A DNA stretch of 64,000 nucleotides from Dehalococcoidia bacterium (GTDB lineage: Bacteria; Chloroflexota; Dehalococcoidia; Bin125): positions 70,695 through 134,694 of the forward strand of contig JAJEBU010000055.1 of NCBI GenBank assembly GCA_022822375.1, given 5' to 3'. The notes under the pieces are model-generated. The model was not told where the DNA came from and did not search any database. It saw nothing but the letters and a program-made list of their open reading frames with translations. Within the stretch, counting starts at the first letter, position 1. Every line of letters begins with the position of its first letter. Below are positions 19,458-27,388 of this stretch, one piece after another. The translations under genes were made by a program, and so were the position numbers.

Positions 19458-20963
19458 CTAGTACCCGCGCGAGCCGCTGGCGGCGGATGTGGCGCGCGAG
19501 CGCTCCTCGGCGAGATCGAGCGCGGTCAGCATGCCCATCGCCTTGTTGACCGTCTCATCAAACTCGTCGGTCGGCCGGGAGTCGAAGACGATCCCGCCGC
19601 CGGCCTGGACCGATGCGACGCCGTTCTGCATGACGATGGTGCGAATGGTGATCGCGGTCTCCATGTTGCCGCCGAATCCAAAATAGCCGAGCGCGCCGGC
19701 GTAGGGCCCACGCTGATCTTGTTCGAGTTCGGAGATGATCTCCATGGCCCGGATCTTGGGCGCTCCCGAGACGGTGCCGGCCGGGAACGTCGCCCGAACG
19801 GCGTCGAACGACGTGGCGCCCTCGGCCAGTTCCGCCTCGACGTGCGAGACGAGGTGCATGACGTGGCTGTACCGCTCGATGTCCAGCTCTTGGGTGACGC
19901 GGACGGTGCCGGGCCGGGCCACGCGGCCGATGTCGTTGCGGCCCAGGTCGAGCAGCATGATGTGCTCGGCGACTTCCTTCTCGTCCGACTGCAGTTCGGC
20001 CTCGAGCGCGAGGTCTTCGTCCTCGTTCAGGCCGCGCCGACGGGTACCCGCGATGGGATGCGTCGAGACCTTGCCGTCCTCCACGATCACCAGCAGCTCG
20101 GGCGATGTGCCCACAATCTGGTGGTCGTCCATTTCCAGGTAGTAGGTGTACGGCGACGGATTGACGGTGCGCAGCGTGCGGTAGACGTTGAACGGGTGCA
20201 CAAACGTCTCGCGTGAGAAGCGCTGCGAGTAAACGCACTGGATGATGTCGCCGGCAACGACGTAGTCGATCACCTGCTTGACGTCCGAGAAGTACGCCTC
20301 GCGCTCCATGTTGGAGCGCACGGTCGACGAGTGTCCAGCTGGCTCAGATGCGTCGACCGGCGGCACCGGCGGACCTGAGCTGAGTCGCTCGACCAGCTCG
20401 TTGATGCGGAACTCGGCGGCGCGGTAGGCCGCCTCGATGTCGCCGTCGAGCCGCGCATGGGTGACGACTTTGATCACGTGCTTCAAATGGTCGAAGACGA
20501 GGATTGAGTCGACGAACTGGAACAGCGCCTCGGGCAAGCCGTGCGGGTCGTTCTGCGCCGGCTGCACGCGCGGCTCAAAGTGTCGAATGGCCTCGTAGGC
20601 GAGATATCCCACCGCTCCGCCATGGAACGGCGGCAGGTCAGGGTTTGGGACCAGTTTGAAGCGATCAAGCTCCGCTTCGACCTCGGTCAGCGGATCGATG
20701 TCGCCGCCCGACGGCGCACGATAGACGCGATACGGCTCGGTGCCGATGAATGAGTAGCGGCTGGGACGCTCGCCGCCCTCGACCGATTCCAGCAGGAACG
20801 AGTACGGTCCCCGCTTGACCTTGAGAAATGCGGAGACGGGCGTCTCGAGGTCGGCGAGGACCTCGCGGTAGATGGCGGCGAAGTTGCCGCCGCTGGCCCG
20901 CGCGTCGGCGGCCAACTGTTTGAAATCGTCGAGGCTCGGTGTGAGTTCGCCGGTGAGAGGCAT
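19458..20963 (-). CDS. trpE: anthranilate synthase component I
   Basis: Track ORF 19458..21065 trimmed to the ATG at 20963 (MPLTGELTPS...). LLESVEGGE, GTSPELLV, GGGIVFDS. Confidence 0.9.
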   Translation of the reverse strand: MPLTGELTPSLDDFKQLAADARASGGNFAAIYREVLADLETPVSAFLKVKRGPYSFLLESVEGGERPSRYSFIGTEPYRVYRAPSGGDIDPLTEVEAELDRFKLVPNPDLPPFHGGAVGYLAYEAIRHFEPRVQPAQNDPHGLPEALFQFVDSILVFDHLKHVIKVVTHARLDGDIEAAYRAAEFRINELVERLSSGPPVPPVDASEPAGHSSTVRSNMEREAYFSDVKQVIDYVVAGDIIQCVYSQRFSRETFVHPFNVYRTLRTVNPSPYTYYLEMDDHQIVGTSPELLVIVEDGKVSTHPIAGTRRRGLNEDEDLALEAELQSDEKEVAEHIMLLDLGRNDIGRVARPGTVRVTQELDIERYSHVMHLVSHVEAELAEGATSFDAVRATFPAGTVSGAPKIRAMEIISELEQDQRGPYAGALGYFGFGGNMETAITIRTIVMQNGVASVQAGGGIVFDSRPTDEFDETVNKAMGMLTALDLAEERSRATSAASGSRGY

Positions 20964-21167
20964 GGGAAGAGGCTCCAGGAGTCGTGGGAACGCAGCGAGG
21001 CGCCCCGAGGCAGGCGTCGTTAGCAGACGCCTGGCCAGACCCCTGTTCCGCCCGTTGTGTGGCAACGGGCGACGGGGCGCGAGCGAGTGTCCATCTCGGC
21101 GCTGGTCATCCGGCCCACGGTGCTCACTTCCATTCCTAGCCGCAGACTAGACGACGGGCGTCGGAAG
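20964..21167 (-). promoter_or_regulatory. 204-nt untranslated region upstream of trpE with two GC-rich hairpins (candidate promoter/leader)
   Basis: On the minus strand, CGCCCGTTG-CCACA-CAACGGGCG (9-bp stem) is followed by CAGGCGTC-TGCTAAC-GACGCCTG (8-bp stem). No U-tract, no tandem Trp codons. Confidence 0.3.
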
Positions 21168-21755
21168 TCAAACAGCGCGCGTGACACGCTCGGCCTGAAT
21201 CGCCTGGAGGAGCGCGTCGACGGCATCGTCCTGTCGATCATCGTCATTCACAATCACCACATCGAACCACTCGGCTTCCGCCAGTTCTGACTCGGCGAAC
21301 TTGAGTCGCTCGGCGATCTCCTCCTCGGAGTCGCCGGCGCGCGCCCGCATCCGCCGCGCGAGCGCATCAATCGGCGCCGTGACGAAGACGAGCAGCGGCG
21401 CAACGAGACCAGACTTGAGCGTGTGAGCGCCCTGCACGTCGGTACGCAGGACAACGGTGCGGCCGGCGGCGAGCAGTTCCTCGACCGCCGCTCGGGGCAC
21501 GCCGCTGCGATGGTTGTAGACCTGCGCGTGTTCGAGGAATCGATCAGCGGCAAGCCACTCGTCGAACTCGTCCTCGCTGAGAAACACCTGGTGGACGCCA
21601 TTGATCTCGCCGGGACGCGGCGGACGCGTCTTGACGGTCGCGACGGTCGCCAGGGAGGCGTCGCGAGCCAGCGCGTGCTGGATCACGGTGTCCTTGCCGG
21701 CGCCCGACGGACCCGAGACCACGACGACGAACGCGGCATCAGGCTCAGGCGTCAT
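21168..21755 (-). CDS. guanylate kinase-like P-loop kinase (divergent)
   Basis: 195-aa ORF. P-loop SGPSGAGKDT, TRPPRPGE, FLEHAQV. 11-nt overlap with the aroA stop. Several GMP-contact positions differ from canonical Gmk (see findings). Confidence 0.75.
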   Translation of the reverse strand: MTPEPDAAFVVVVSGPSGAGKDTVIQHALARDASLATVATVKTRPPRPGEINGVHQVFLSEDEFDEWLAADRFLEHAQVYNHRSGVPRAAVEELLAAGRTVVLRTDVQGAHTLKSGLVAPLLVFVTAPIDALARRMRARAGDSEEEIAERLKFAESELAEAEWFDVVIVNDDDRQDDAVDALLQAIQAERVTRAV

Positions 21756-23055
21756 GCTGCAACCGATCCAAGTCGCGCCAGAAGGCGGGATACGAGATAT
21801 CGACGGCGGACGCTCCGCGAATCTGCGTGGGTCCTGACTCCGGGTCTGCCGTCATCGCGGCGATCGCGGCCGCCATCGCCAGACGGTGGTCGCCGTGCGA
21901 GTCGACGGTCGCGCCACGCAGCTGCCCGCCGACGATCCGAATGCCGTCGCGCCGTTCCTCCACCCCGACTCCCATCGCGCGCAGCATGGCCGCAGTGGTG
22001 GCAATCCGGTCGGACTCCTTGACGCGCAGTTCCTCCGCGTCGCGGATCTCGGTGACGCCGTCGGCGGTCGCCGCCGCGACGGCCAAGACCGGCACTTCGT
22101 CGATCGCTCGGACGATCAGGTCGCCGTCCAACGTGGCGCCGCGCAGCGCGCCGCCGCGGACCACGACGTCTGCGACGGGCTCGCCGGACGCATCGCGCTG
22201 ATTGCGCAGATCAATCTCCGCGCCCATCAAGCGCAGTGCGTCGATCACGCCGGTCCGGCGCGGATTGACACCGAGATTGGGCAGCGCGATCTCCGCGCCT
22301 GGCGTCATCGCCGCGGCGGACATCCAGAAGGCGGCGGCGCTGATGTCCGCCGGGACATGGACATCTCGGGGCGTGAGAGCCGCGCCAGGCTCGACCGTGA
22401 CGGTGGCACCGTCGACCTCGATGTCCGCGCTCATGGCGGCGAGCATGCGCTCAGTGTGATCGCGCGACGGACCTGGTTCCACAATCGAACTCGGCGTATC
22501 TGCGCGCAGAGCGGCGAAGACGATGGCGCTCTTCACCTGCGCGCTGGCAACTGCAAGGGTCCCGTCGAACCCGTTCAGGCGTCTGCCGCGCAGCTGGAAC
22601 GGAGCGGTGCGCTGGTGCGAAACCTCTGCGCCCATCGTCTGGAGCGGATCGAGCACCCGACGCATCGGGCGGGTGCGGAGCGAGTCGTCGCCGTCGAAGC
22701 AGCTGCGGAACGGGAGTCCCGCGGCGACACCAGCGAGCAAGCGGATCGATGTGCCGCTGTTGCCGCAGTCCAGCACCTGCTCGGATTCCTGGAACGCCGC
22801 CTGACCCTGGCTGCGCACGAGGACTCGGTCGGCGTCGAGCTCGAACTCCACTCCCCACTGCCTGAGACAGGCCATGGTCGAGCGAATGTCATCGCTATCG
22901 AGCAGTCCGTCGATCTGCGCCTCCCCCTCGGCGAGGGCGTTGCAGATGAGAGCGCGGTGCGAGATGGACTTGTCGCCGGGTGCTTGGACCGTCCCACGGA
23001 GCGGGCCGCTTGGGTGGATCGCGACGTGGTCGGCGGCCAATCGTTCGGCAGGCAT
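21745..23055 (-). CDS. aroA: 3-phosphoshikimate 1-carboxyvinyltransferase (EPSP synthase)
   Basis: 436-aa ORF. APGDKSISHRALI, and LRVKESDRI near the C-terminus. Confidence 0.95.
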   Translation of the reverse strand: MPAERLAADHVAIHPSGPLRGTVQAPGDKSISHRALICNALAEGEAQIDGLLDSDDIRSTMACLRQWGVEFELDADRVLVRSQGQAAFQESEQVLDCGNSGTSIRLLAGVAAGLPFRSCFDGDDSLRTRPMRRVLDPLQTMGAEVSHQRTAPFQLRGRRLNGFDGTLAVASAQVKSAIVFAALRADTPSSIVEPGPSRDHTERMLAAMSADIEVDGATVTVEPGAALTPRDVHVPADISAAAFWMSAAAMTPGAEIALPNLGVNPRRTGVIDALRLMGAEIDLRNQRDASGEPVADVVVRGGALRGATLDGDLIVRAIDEVPVLAVAAATADGVTEIRDAEELRVKESDRIATTAAMLRAMGVGVEERRDGIRIVGGQLRGATVDSHGDHRLAMAAAIAAMTADPESGPTQIRGASAVDISYPAFWRDLDRLQHDA

Positions 23056-23070
23056 TGTTCGTCAGTCGTG

Positions 23071-24099
23071 TCAGTCGCGGCCCCAGCGGTTGCCGCGTAG
23101 CTTGCGCTCTTTCTCACGGTCCTCCGTGCGCTTGGTCATCTGACGGACGCGGTCATAGAGTCTCGGGCTGACCAGCAGCGCGGCCATCTGCGAGGTCGCG
23201 TCGGGCAGATCGGGCTGCGAGCCGGCATCGGGATCCAGATCGTCGCCGGCCAGGAACTTCGCGTGATTGATCTGCGCGCTCGAGTACTCGCGAAAGACCG
23301 CTTCCTCTTCCTCGTCAAGCAAGTCGCGCACCCGGCTGAGCTCCAGGACGAGGCGGTCGATCCAGTGTTGCAGCTGTTCGCGGTTCGTCACGGCGATCTC
23401 AGTGGTCAGGCTGGGGTCGCCCGAGTTGAAGGCGGTCATCGCGCGGAACGTATCGCCGGCGGCGCGGCCAAAGTCGGGCCAACCGTCGGAGCCGCGCAGC
23501 ATCGTGAACAGCGCCGACGAGACGACCAGCGGCAGATGCGACACAGCGGCCATGACGTAATCGTGTTCTGCGGCGTCGAGGAAGTGCGGCGTGGCGCCGA
23601 GCTCGCGGATCATCCCAATCACAGATTTGACCGCGTTCTCCGACGCTGCCGCCGCCGGGCTGATGAACCAGCGTTTGTCCTGGAACAGTTCGGCGCTGGC
23701 CGCCTCGATCCCGAATGCCGAAGCGTCGCCAGCCATCGGGTGTCCGCCGATGAACGAGACACCGCTGGGCAGATGTTGGCGGGCCCAGTCTCCGATCTGG
23801 ACCTTCGACGCGGCGGTGTCGGTGACGGCTGCGCCGCGACCGAGCGCGGGCGCGATTTCCTGGAGCAATTCTTGGGTGGCGGCAGGCGGCGTCGCGATGA
23901 TCACGAGACCGGCGCCGTCCACGGCGTCTCGCGGGTTGCTGGCGACTTCGTCGACGGCCTTCGCCTTGTTGGCGGCGCTGCGCGCGGCGCGCCAATCGTC
24001 GAAGCCGATGATCTCGGTGTTGCGCAACTTGGCGGCGCGCAGACCCATACCGATTGAGCCGCCGATGTAGCCCAGGCCGATGATCGCAATGCGCGGCAT
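23071..24099 (-). CDS. tyrA: prephenate dehydrogenase
   Basis: Track ORF trimmed to the ATG at 24099 (MPRIAIIGLGYIGGS), preceded by GGAGGTGA. GGHPMAG motif. Confidence 0.85.
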   Translation of the reverse strand: MPRIAIIGLGYIGGSIGMGLRAAKLRNTEIIGFDDWRAARSAANKAKAVDEVASNPRDAVDGAGLVIIATPPAATQELLQEIAPALGRGAAVTDTAASKVQIGDWARQHLPSGVSFIGGHPMAGDASAFGIEAASAELFQDKRWFISPAAAASENAVKSVIGMIRELGATPHFLDAAEHDYVMAAVSHLPLVVSSALFTMLRGSDGWPDFGRAAGDTFRAMTAFNSGDPSLTTEIAVTNREQLQHWIDRLVLELSRVRDLLDEEEEAVFREYSSAQINHAKFLAGDDLDPDAGSQPDLPDATSQMAALLVSPRLYDRVRQMTKRTEDREKERKLRGNRWGRD

Positions 24100-24287
24100 G
24101 CTCACCTCCGTACGGCTCGCGGCGCGGCGGTCGGCCGCCCGGATTATGCCGTGTCTCACTGCCGTATCCACAGTATCGCAGCAACGCGGCACCGCTTACC
24201 GTCGACCTGCGGCCTCCGTGCGTCCGACGCCCACGCACTCAGAGAGTGCTACGCTCAAATTCGTGGCCTGGCGGGGCACAGACGCTG

Positions 24288-24515
24288 ATGATGATGAGAG
24301 CGGACCGATCCTGGATGATGCCGCGCCGTCGGCGGCGGCTGTGGCTCTGGATCGTGGCGGCGCTGCTGCCGCTGGTGTTGCTCGTGTTGGGTTTGGTCGC
24401 GCCGCGCGTCGCGACGATTGAGATCGGCGAAGCGTCCCTCGCGCCCTCAACGCATCAGGCAGCCGAGCAGCGAGGCCCCGCCGATTCCGCGTACAGCGGT
24501 TGGTTCGCTGAGTGA
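24288..24515 (+). CDS. small single-pass membrane protein (hypothetical)
   Basis: Track ORF 24246..24515. Triple ATG at 24288. RRRRRLWLWIVAALLPLVLLVLGLVAP is a positive-inside TM helix. Its TGA overlaps the GTG start of the next gene (GTGA). Confidence 0.4.
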   Translation: MMMRADRSWMMPRRRRRLWLWIVAALLPLVLLVLGLVAPRVATIEIGEASLAPSTHQAAEQRGPADSAYSGWFAE

Positions 24516-25885
24516 GGTTGCCGCAACATTTGAGGCGGGGATGGTGGTTGATCGCGTTGCTTCCGCTGATCGCGGGGCTGGGCATCTGGTTGAGCCTGGG
24601 CGCGTCGACGGTTCAGGCTGCGCCGGCGAGCTGCCCATACAGTGGCGGCGGACCCCCGTTCACGATTGAGTCCTACGAGGCCGACGAGTCGCGCCAGCTG
24701 TACCTGGACACGTTGCAGCTGGCGGCCGCCAACCAACTCTTCCCAGACGACCCGGAGTTCCGCCTGCCGGCACTAAAGGTGGGACAGCTGCGGGTTGCGT
24801 CGCCGGGGGCGACGATTCCGCCGCAGATTCTCTACGCCGTCGCGTGGGTCGAGAGCAAGATCGCACAGGCCGCGTTCGAAGTGGACTGGGGTGACCTGGG
24901 CGCAGTCAAACTCTCCTTCGACTGTGGCTACGGCATCATGCAGATCACCAGCAGCATTAACAACGATGGCGGCTTGCCGTCTCGGTATGAGGCGCTGGTC
25001 GGATCGCATTTCGCCTACAACATCGCGGCGGGCGCCAGGATTCTGGCGGAAAAGTGGAATCAGCCGCTCTTCCCAATCGTCGGCGAGCATGACCCGAGCT
25101 ACATCGAATCGTGGTACTACGCGCTGTGGGCGTACAACGGCTGGGCTGGCGTCAATCACCCGCAGCATCCGTCCAAAGCTCCGGCGCGAGGCGTCTACGG
25201 TTGCGACGAAGTTCGGCGGACGGAGTTCACCTATCAGGAACTGGTGCTGGGCTGCGTGATCAACCCGCCTCAGGTCAACGGCGTTCCCCTCTGGGATGCG
25301 CTGGAGATCGAGCTGCCAGACCTGGCGGCGCTGGGCGCGAACGGGATGCCGCTGAGCCTCGACGTGTTCTACGCCGGGCGCGACGCGATCCATGTGGAAA
25401 TCAACCCGGCGGCTCCGTTCGCCGCCATGAACATGCCGCTGCCAGCAGGAGCGTCAATTCGACAGGCTGCGACGGATCACAACACAGCCGCGTCAGCACG
25501 GACGGCCATCGTGGGTCAGCCACAGGCTCGAGTCGGCGAACCGGTGCTGGAGATCAGTTCGACCGAGCTGACGTCTGGCCATGTGCCGCTGACGATCCAT
25601 AACGACGGGACCGGTTTGCTGGCCTGGCGGGTCGTCGCGGCACCCGGCTGGCTTGAGCTCGGCGCGCAGGCCGGTGTCGCTCTCGGTAGTGGATACAGGT
25701 CTGCGCCCCACCCGTCGCGACTGCTCATCTCGGCGTCGGCGAGCGGTGTGCCCGAGGGTACGCACCGCGGACAGATCAGGTTGGAGTTCCACTATCCAAA
25801 CGGCAACTCGGAGATCCGCGCGGTCGACATATCATTGGACAAGCGTGGCGCTGCCCGATACGAAGCTGGCCGCCCGCAAAGCTAG
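24512..25885 (+). CDS. secreted lytic-transglycosylase (SLT)-like protein with C-terminal beta-rich domain
   Basis: 457-aa ORF. Signal peptide WWLIALLPLIAGLGIWLSLGASTVQA. SLT-like AWVESKIAQ...CGYGIMQITS. Confidence 0.7.
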   Translation: MRLPQHLRRGWWLIALLPLIAGLGIWLSLGASTVQAAPASCPYSGGGPPFTIESYEADESRQLYLDTLQLAAANQLFPDDPEFRLPALKVGQLRVASPGATIPPQILYAVAWVESKIAQAAFEVDWGDLGAVKLSFDCGYGIMQITSSINNDGGLPSRYEALVGSHFAYNIAAGARILAEKWNQPLFPIVGEHDPSYIESWYYALWAYNGWAGVNHPQHPSKAPARGVYGCDEVRRTEFTYQELVLGCVINPPQVNGVPLWDALEIELPDLAALGANGMPLSLDVFYAGRDAIHVEINPAAPFAAMNMPLPAGASIRQAATDHNTAASARTAIVGQPQARVGEPVLEISSTELTSGHVPLTIHNDGTGLLAWRVVAAPGWLELGAQAGVALGSGYRSAPHPSRLLISASASGVPEGTHRGQIRLEFHYPNGNSEIRAVDISLDKRGAARYEAGRPQS

Positions 25886-25961
25886 CCCCCGTAGCTCAGC
25901 TGGACAGAGCAACGGACTTCTAATCCGTAGGCCGGAGGTTCGAGTCCTCCCGGGGGTGCCA
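25885..25961 (+). tRNA. tRNA-Arg (anticodon TCT)
   Basis: 77-nt cloverleaf read by eye. Acceptor GCCCCCG/CGGGGGT (G1-U72), D arm GCTC-AGCTGGACA-GAGC, anticodon arm ACGGA-CTTCTAA-TCCGT, T arm GGAGG-TTCGAGT-CCTCC, discriminator G, encoded CCA. Confidence 0.9.
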
Positions 25962-25994
25962 CACTGTTCAGATCGCGGCTGACGCGTCACACAG

Positions 25995-26032
25995 CAACAT
26001 CAAACAGCGCCCCAACTGTGGTTGGGACGCTG
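25995..26032 (-). terminator. putative intrinsic terminator of sodN
   Basis: Minus strand: CAGCGTCCCAAC-CACA-GTTGGGGCGCTG (12-bp stem with one G-U pair) followed by TTTGATGTTG. Lies 41 nt after the sodN stop. Confidence 0.55.
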
Positions 26033-26072
26033 CTCGCCGCGTCTGGCGTGGTCAGTGTGGCCTGGTCTGGCG

Positions 26073-26477
26073 TTACTGGGCGTAGACGCCGGCTCCGGGG
26101 CCCTCGGCGGTGGCCCAGAACTTGGCGCTGATCTGGTCGATCAGGTCGATCAGTTCCTGGCCCTTGGCGACATCGTTGGTCTTCTTCGCCTCGCCGGCGA
26201 CCTTCGTCGCGTTCCACAGGAGCTCGTGGATTGACGAGTCAGCCTCGAGGTGGTGCGGCTTGAAGAAATCGGTCCAGAGCACCCAGAGGTGGTGCTTGAC
26301 CTCTTCGGCGCGCTGCTCCTTGACGATCGTGCAGCGGGCCTTGAAGTCGTGATCGTCGGAGTCGTTGTACTTCTCCATCGACTTGAGGACCGACATGGCT
26401 TCAATCTTGGCCTGCGCGGGGTCGTACACGCCGCAGGGCAGATCACAGTGCGCGGATGCGGTTTCGAACAAGGACAT
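26073..26477 (-). CDS. sodN: nickel superoxide dismutase precursor
   Basis: 134-aa ORF. Propeptide MSLFETASA, then the Ni-hook HCDLPCGVYDP. GAAGGAG RBS. Confidence 0.95.
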   Translation of the reverse strand: MSLFETASAHCDLPCGVYDPAQAKIEAMSVLKSMEKYNDSDDHDFKARCTIVKEQRAEEVKHHLWVLWTDFFKPHHLEADSSIHELLWNATKVAGEAKKTNDVAKGQELIDLIDQISAKFWATAEGPGAGVYAQ

Positions 26478-26520
26478 GCGATGCTCCTTCTGTGGTGCGA
26501 TTGGTTCTGCTGAGAGTGTA

Positions 26521-27273
26521 CTAGCTGTCCGGATGATCGAGCACGATCACGCCGCAGGCGACGCGGCCGCCGGCGCCTGGGGCGTCTCCATAACTGTCGG
26601 GAGCCTCATGGACGATGATGGCCGAGCCGTCGGCGTCGAAGAGCGTGGCCGTGCCGCTCCCCAGCGTTGCATCGACCGTGTACTGGTCTGCGTTGGCGAC
26701 GCCGTCGGCGTGGGCATAGACGTTGACGGTGTCGCCGGGGTGGTGGCCATCCTCACTCAACACGCCGTGTCCGATGCCGGTGGGGTTGTAGTGGCCGCCG
26801 GCAGCGGCGAAGTCTGGCTCGCAGGAGCCGGTCTCGTGGATGTGGAAACCGTGCCAGCCCTCGCTCAGGCCGGTGAGACGCGCCTGAATCAAGAGGCCGC
26901 GCGGCCCCTGGATGATGGTGACGGTTCCCATCGATTCGCCGTCGGCGCCGTGCATCGCGGCGGTCGCGGTGCGACCGACATAGGCGCCCTCGATTGCTTC
27001 CTCTGACTCGAGCGCAACCGCGGAACTGGCGCGCCACTCGCCAGGGGTGGCGTCCGCCGAGAGAAAACGCTGTGTGGGGCGGACGGCCTCGCCCCATTCG
27101 CCGTCGTGACTCTGCTGAACGGCGACTTCGGTGCGCCCGTCGTCGGTGGCGCGCGCGAGGACGCGGACATCTCCGTCGCCAGAGTGACTCGTCGCCGAAA
27201 TGACGGCAAGCGCGGCCGCGCCGATTGCGATGCCAGCGGCGGCGACGATCAACAGCTTGATACGTTGCGGCAT
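26521..27273 (-). CDS. sodC: Cu,Zn superoxide dismutase with signal anchor and ~95-aa N-terminal extension
   Basis: 250-aa ORF. GFHIHE, GGHYNP, GHGVLSEDGHHPGD, IIVHE, GGRVACG. All Cu/Zn ligands, the Arg and the disulfide Cys pair are present. Confidence 0.9.
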   Translation of the reverse strand: MPQRIKLLIVAAAGIAIGAAALAVISATSHSGDGDVRVLARATDDGRTEVAVQQSHDGEWGEAVRPTQRFLSADATPGEWRASSAVALESEEAIEGAYVGRTATAAMHGADGESMGTVTIIQGPRGLLIQARLTGLSEGWHGFHIHETGSCEPDFAAAGGHYNPTGIGHGVLSEDGHHPGDTVNVYAHADGVANADQYTVDATLGSGTATLFDADGSAIIVHEAPDSYGDAPGAGGRVACGVIVLDHPDS

Positions 27274-27388
27274 TGGAGTCCTCTACTGGCTATCACTGGG
27301 CGCGAGATCGTTGTGGCAAGCTTACCAAGCCCGTAGTGACAGAGCTCGAAGAGAGCGAGGTTGAGGTGGGTCGGGTCGTGCAACCGCG

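Noticed and set aside
20964-21167. T-box riboswitch or Trp-codon leader-peptide attenuator upstream of trpE
   Set aside because: No match to the T-box consensus (AANNNGGGUGGNACCGCG). There are no tandem TGG codons in any frame. Neither hairpin is followed by a U-tract. The region is kept only as an unexplained structured spacer.
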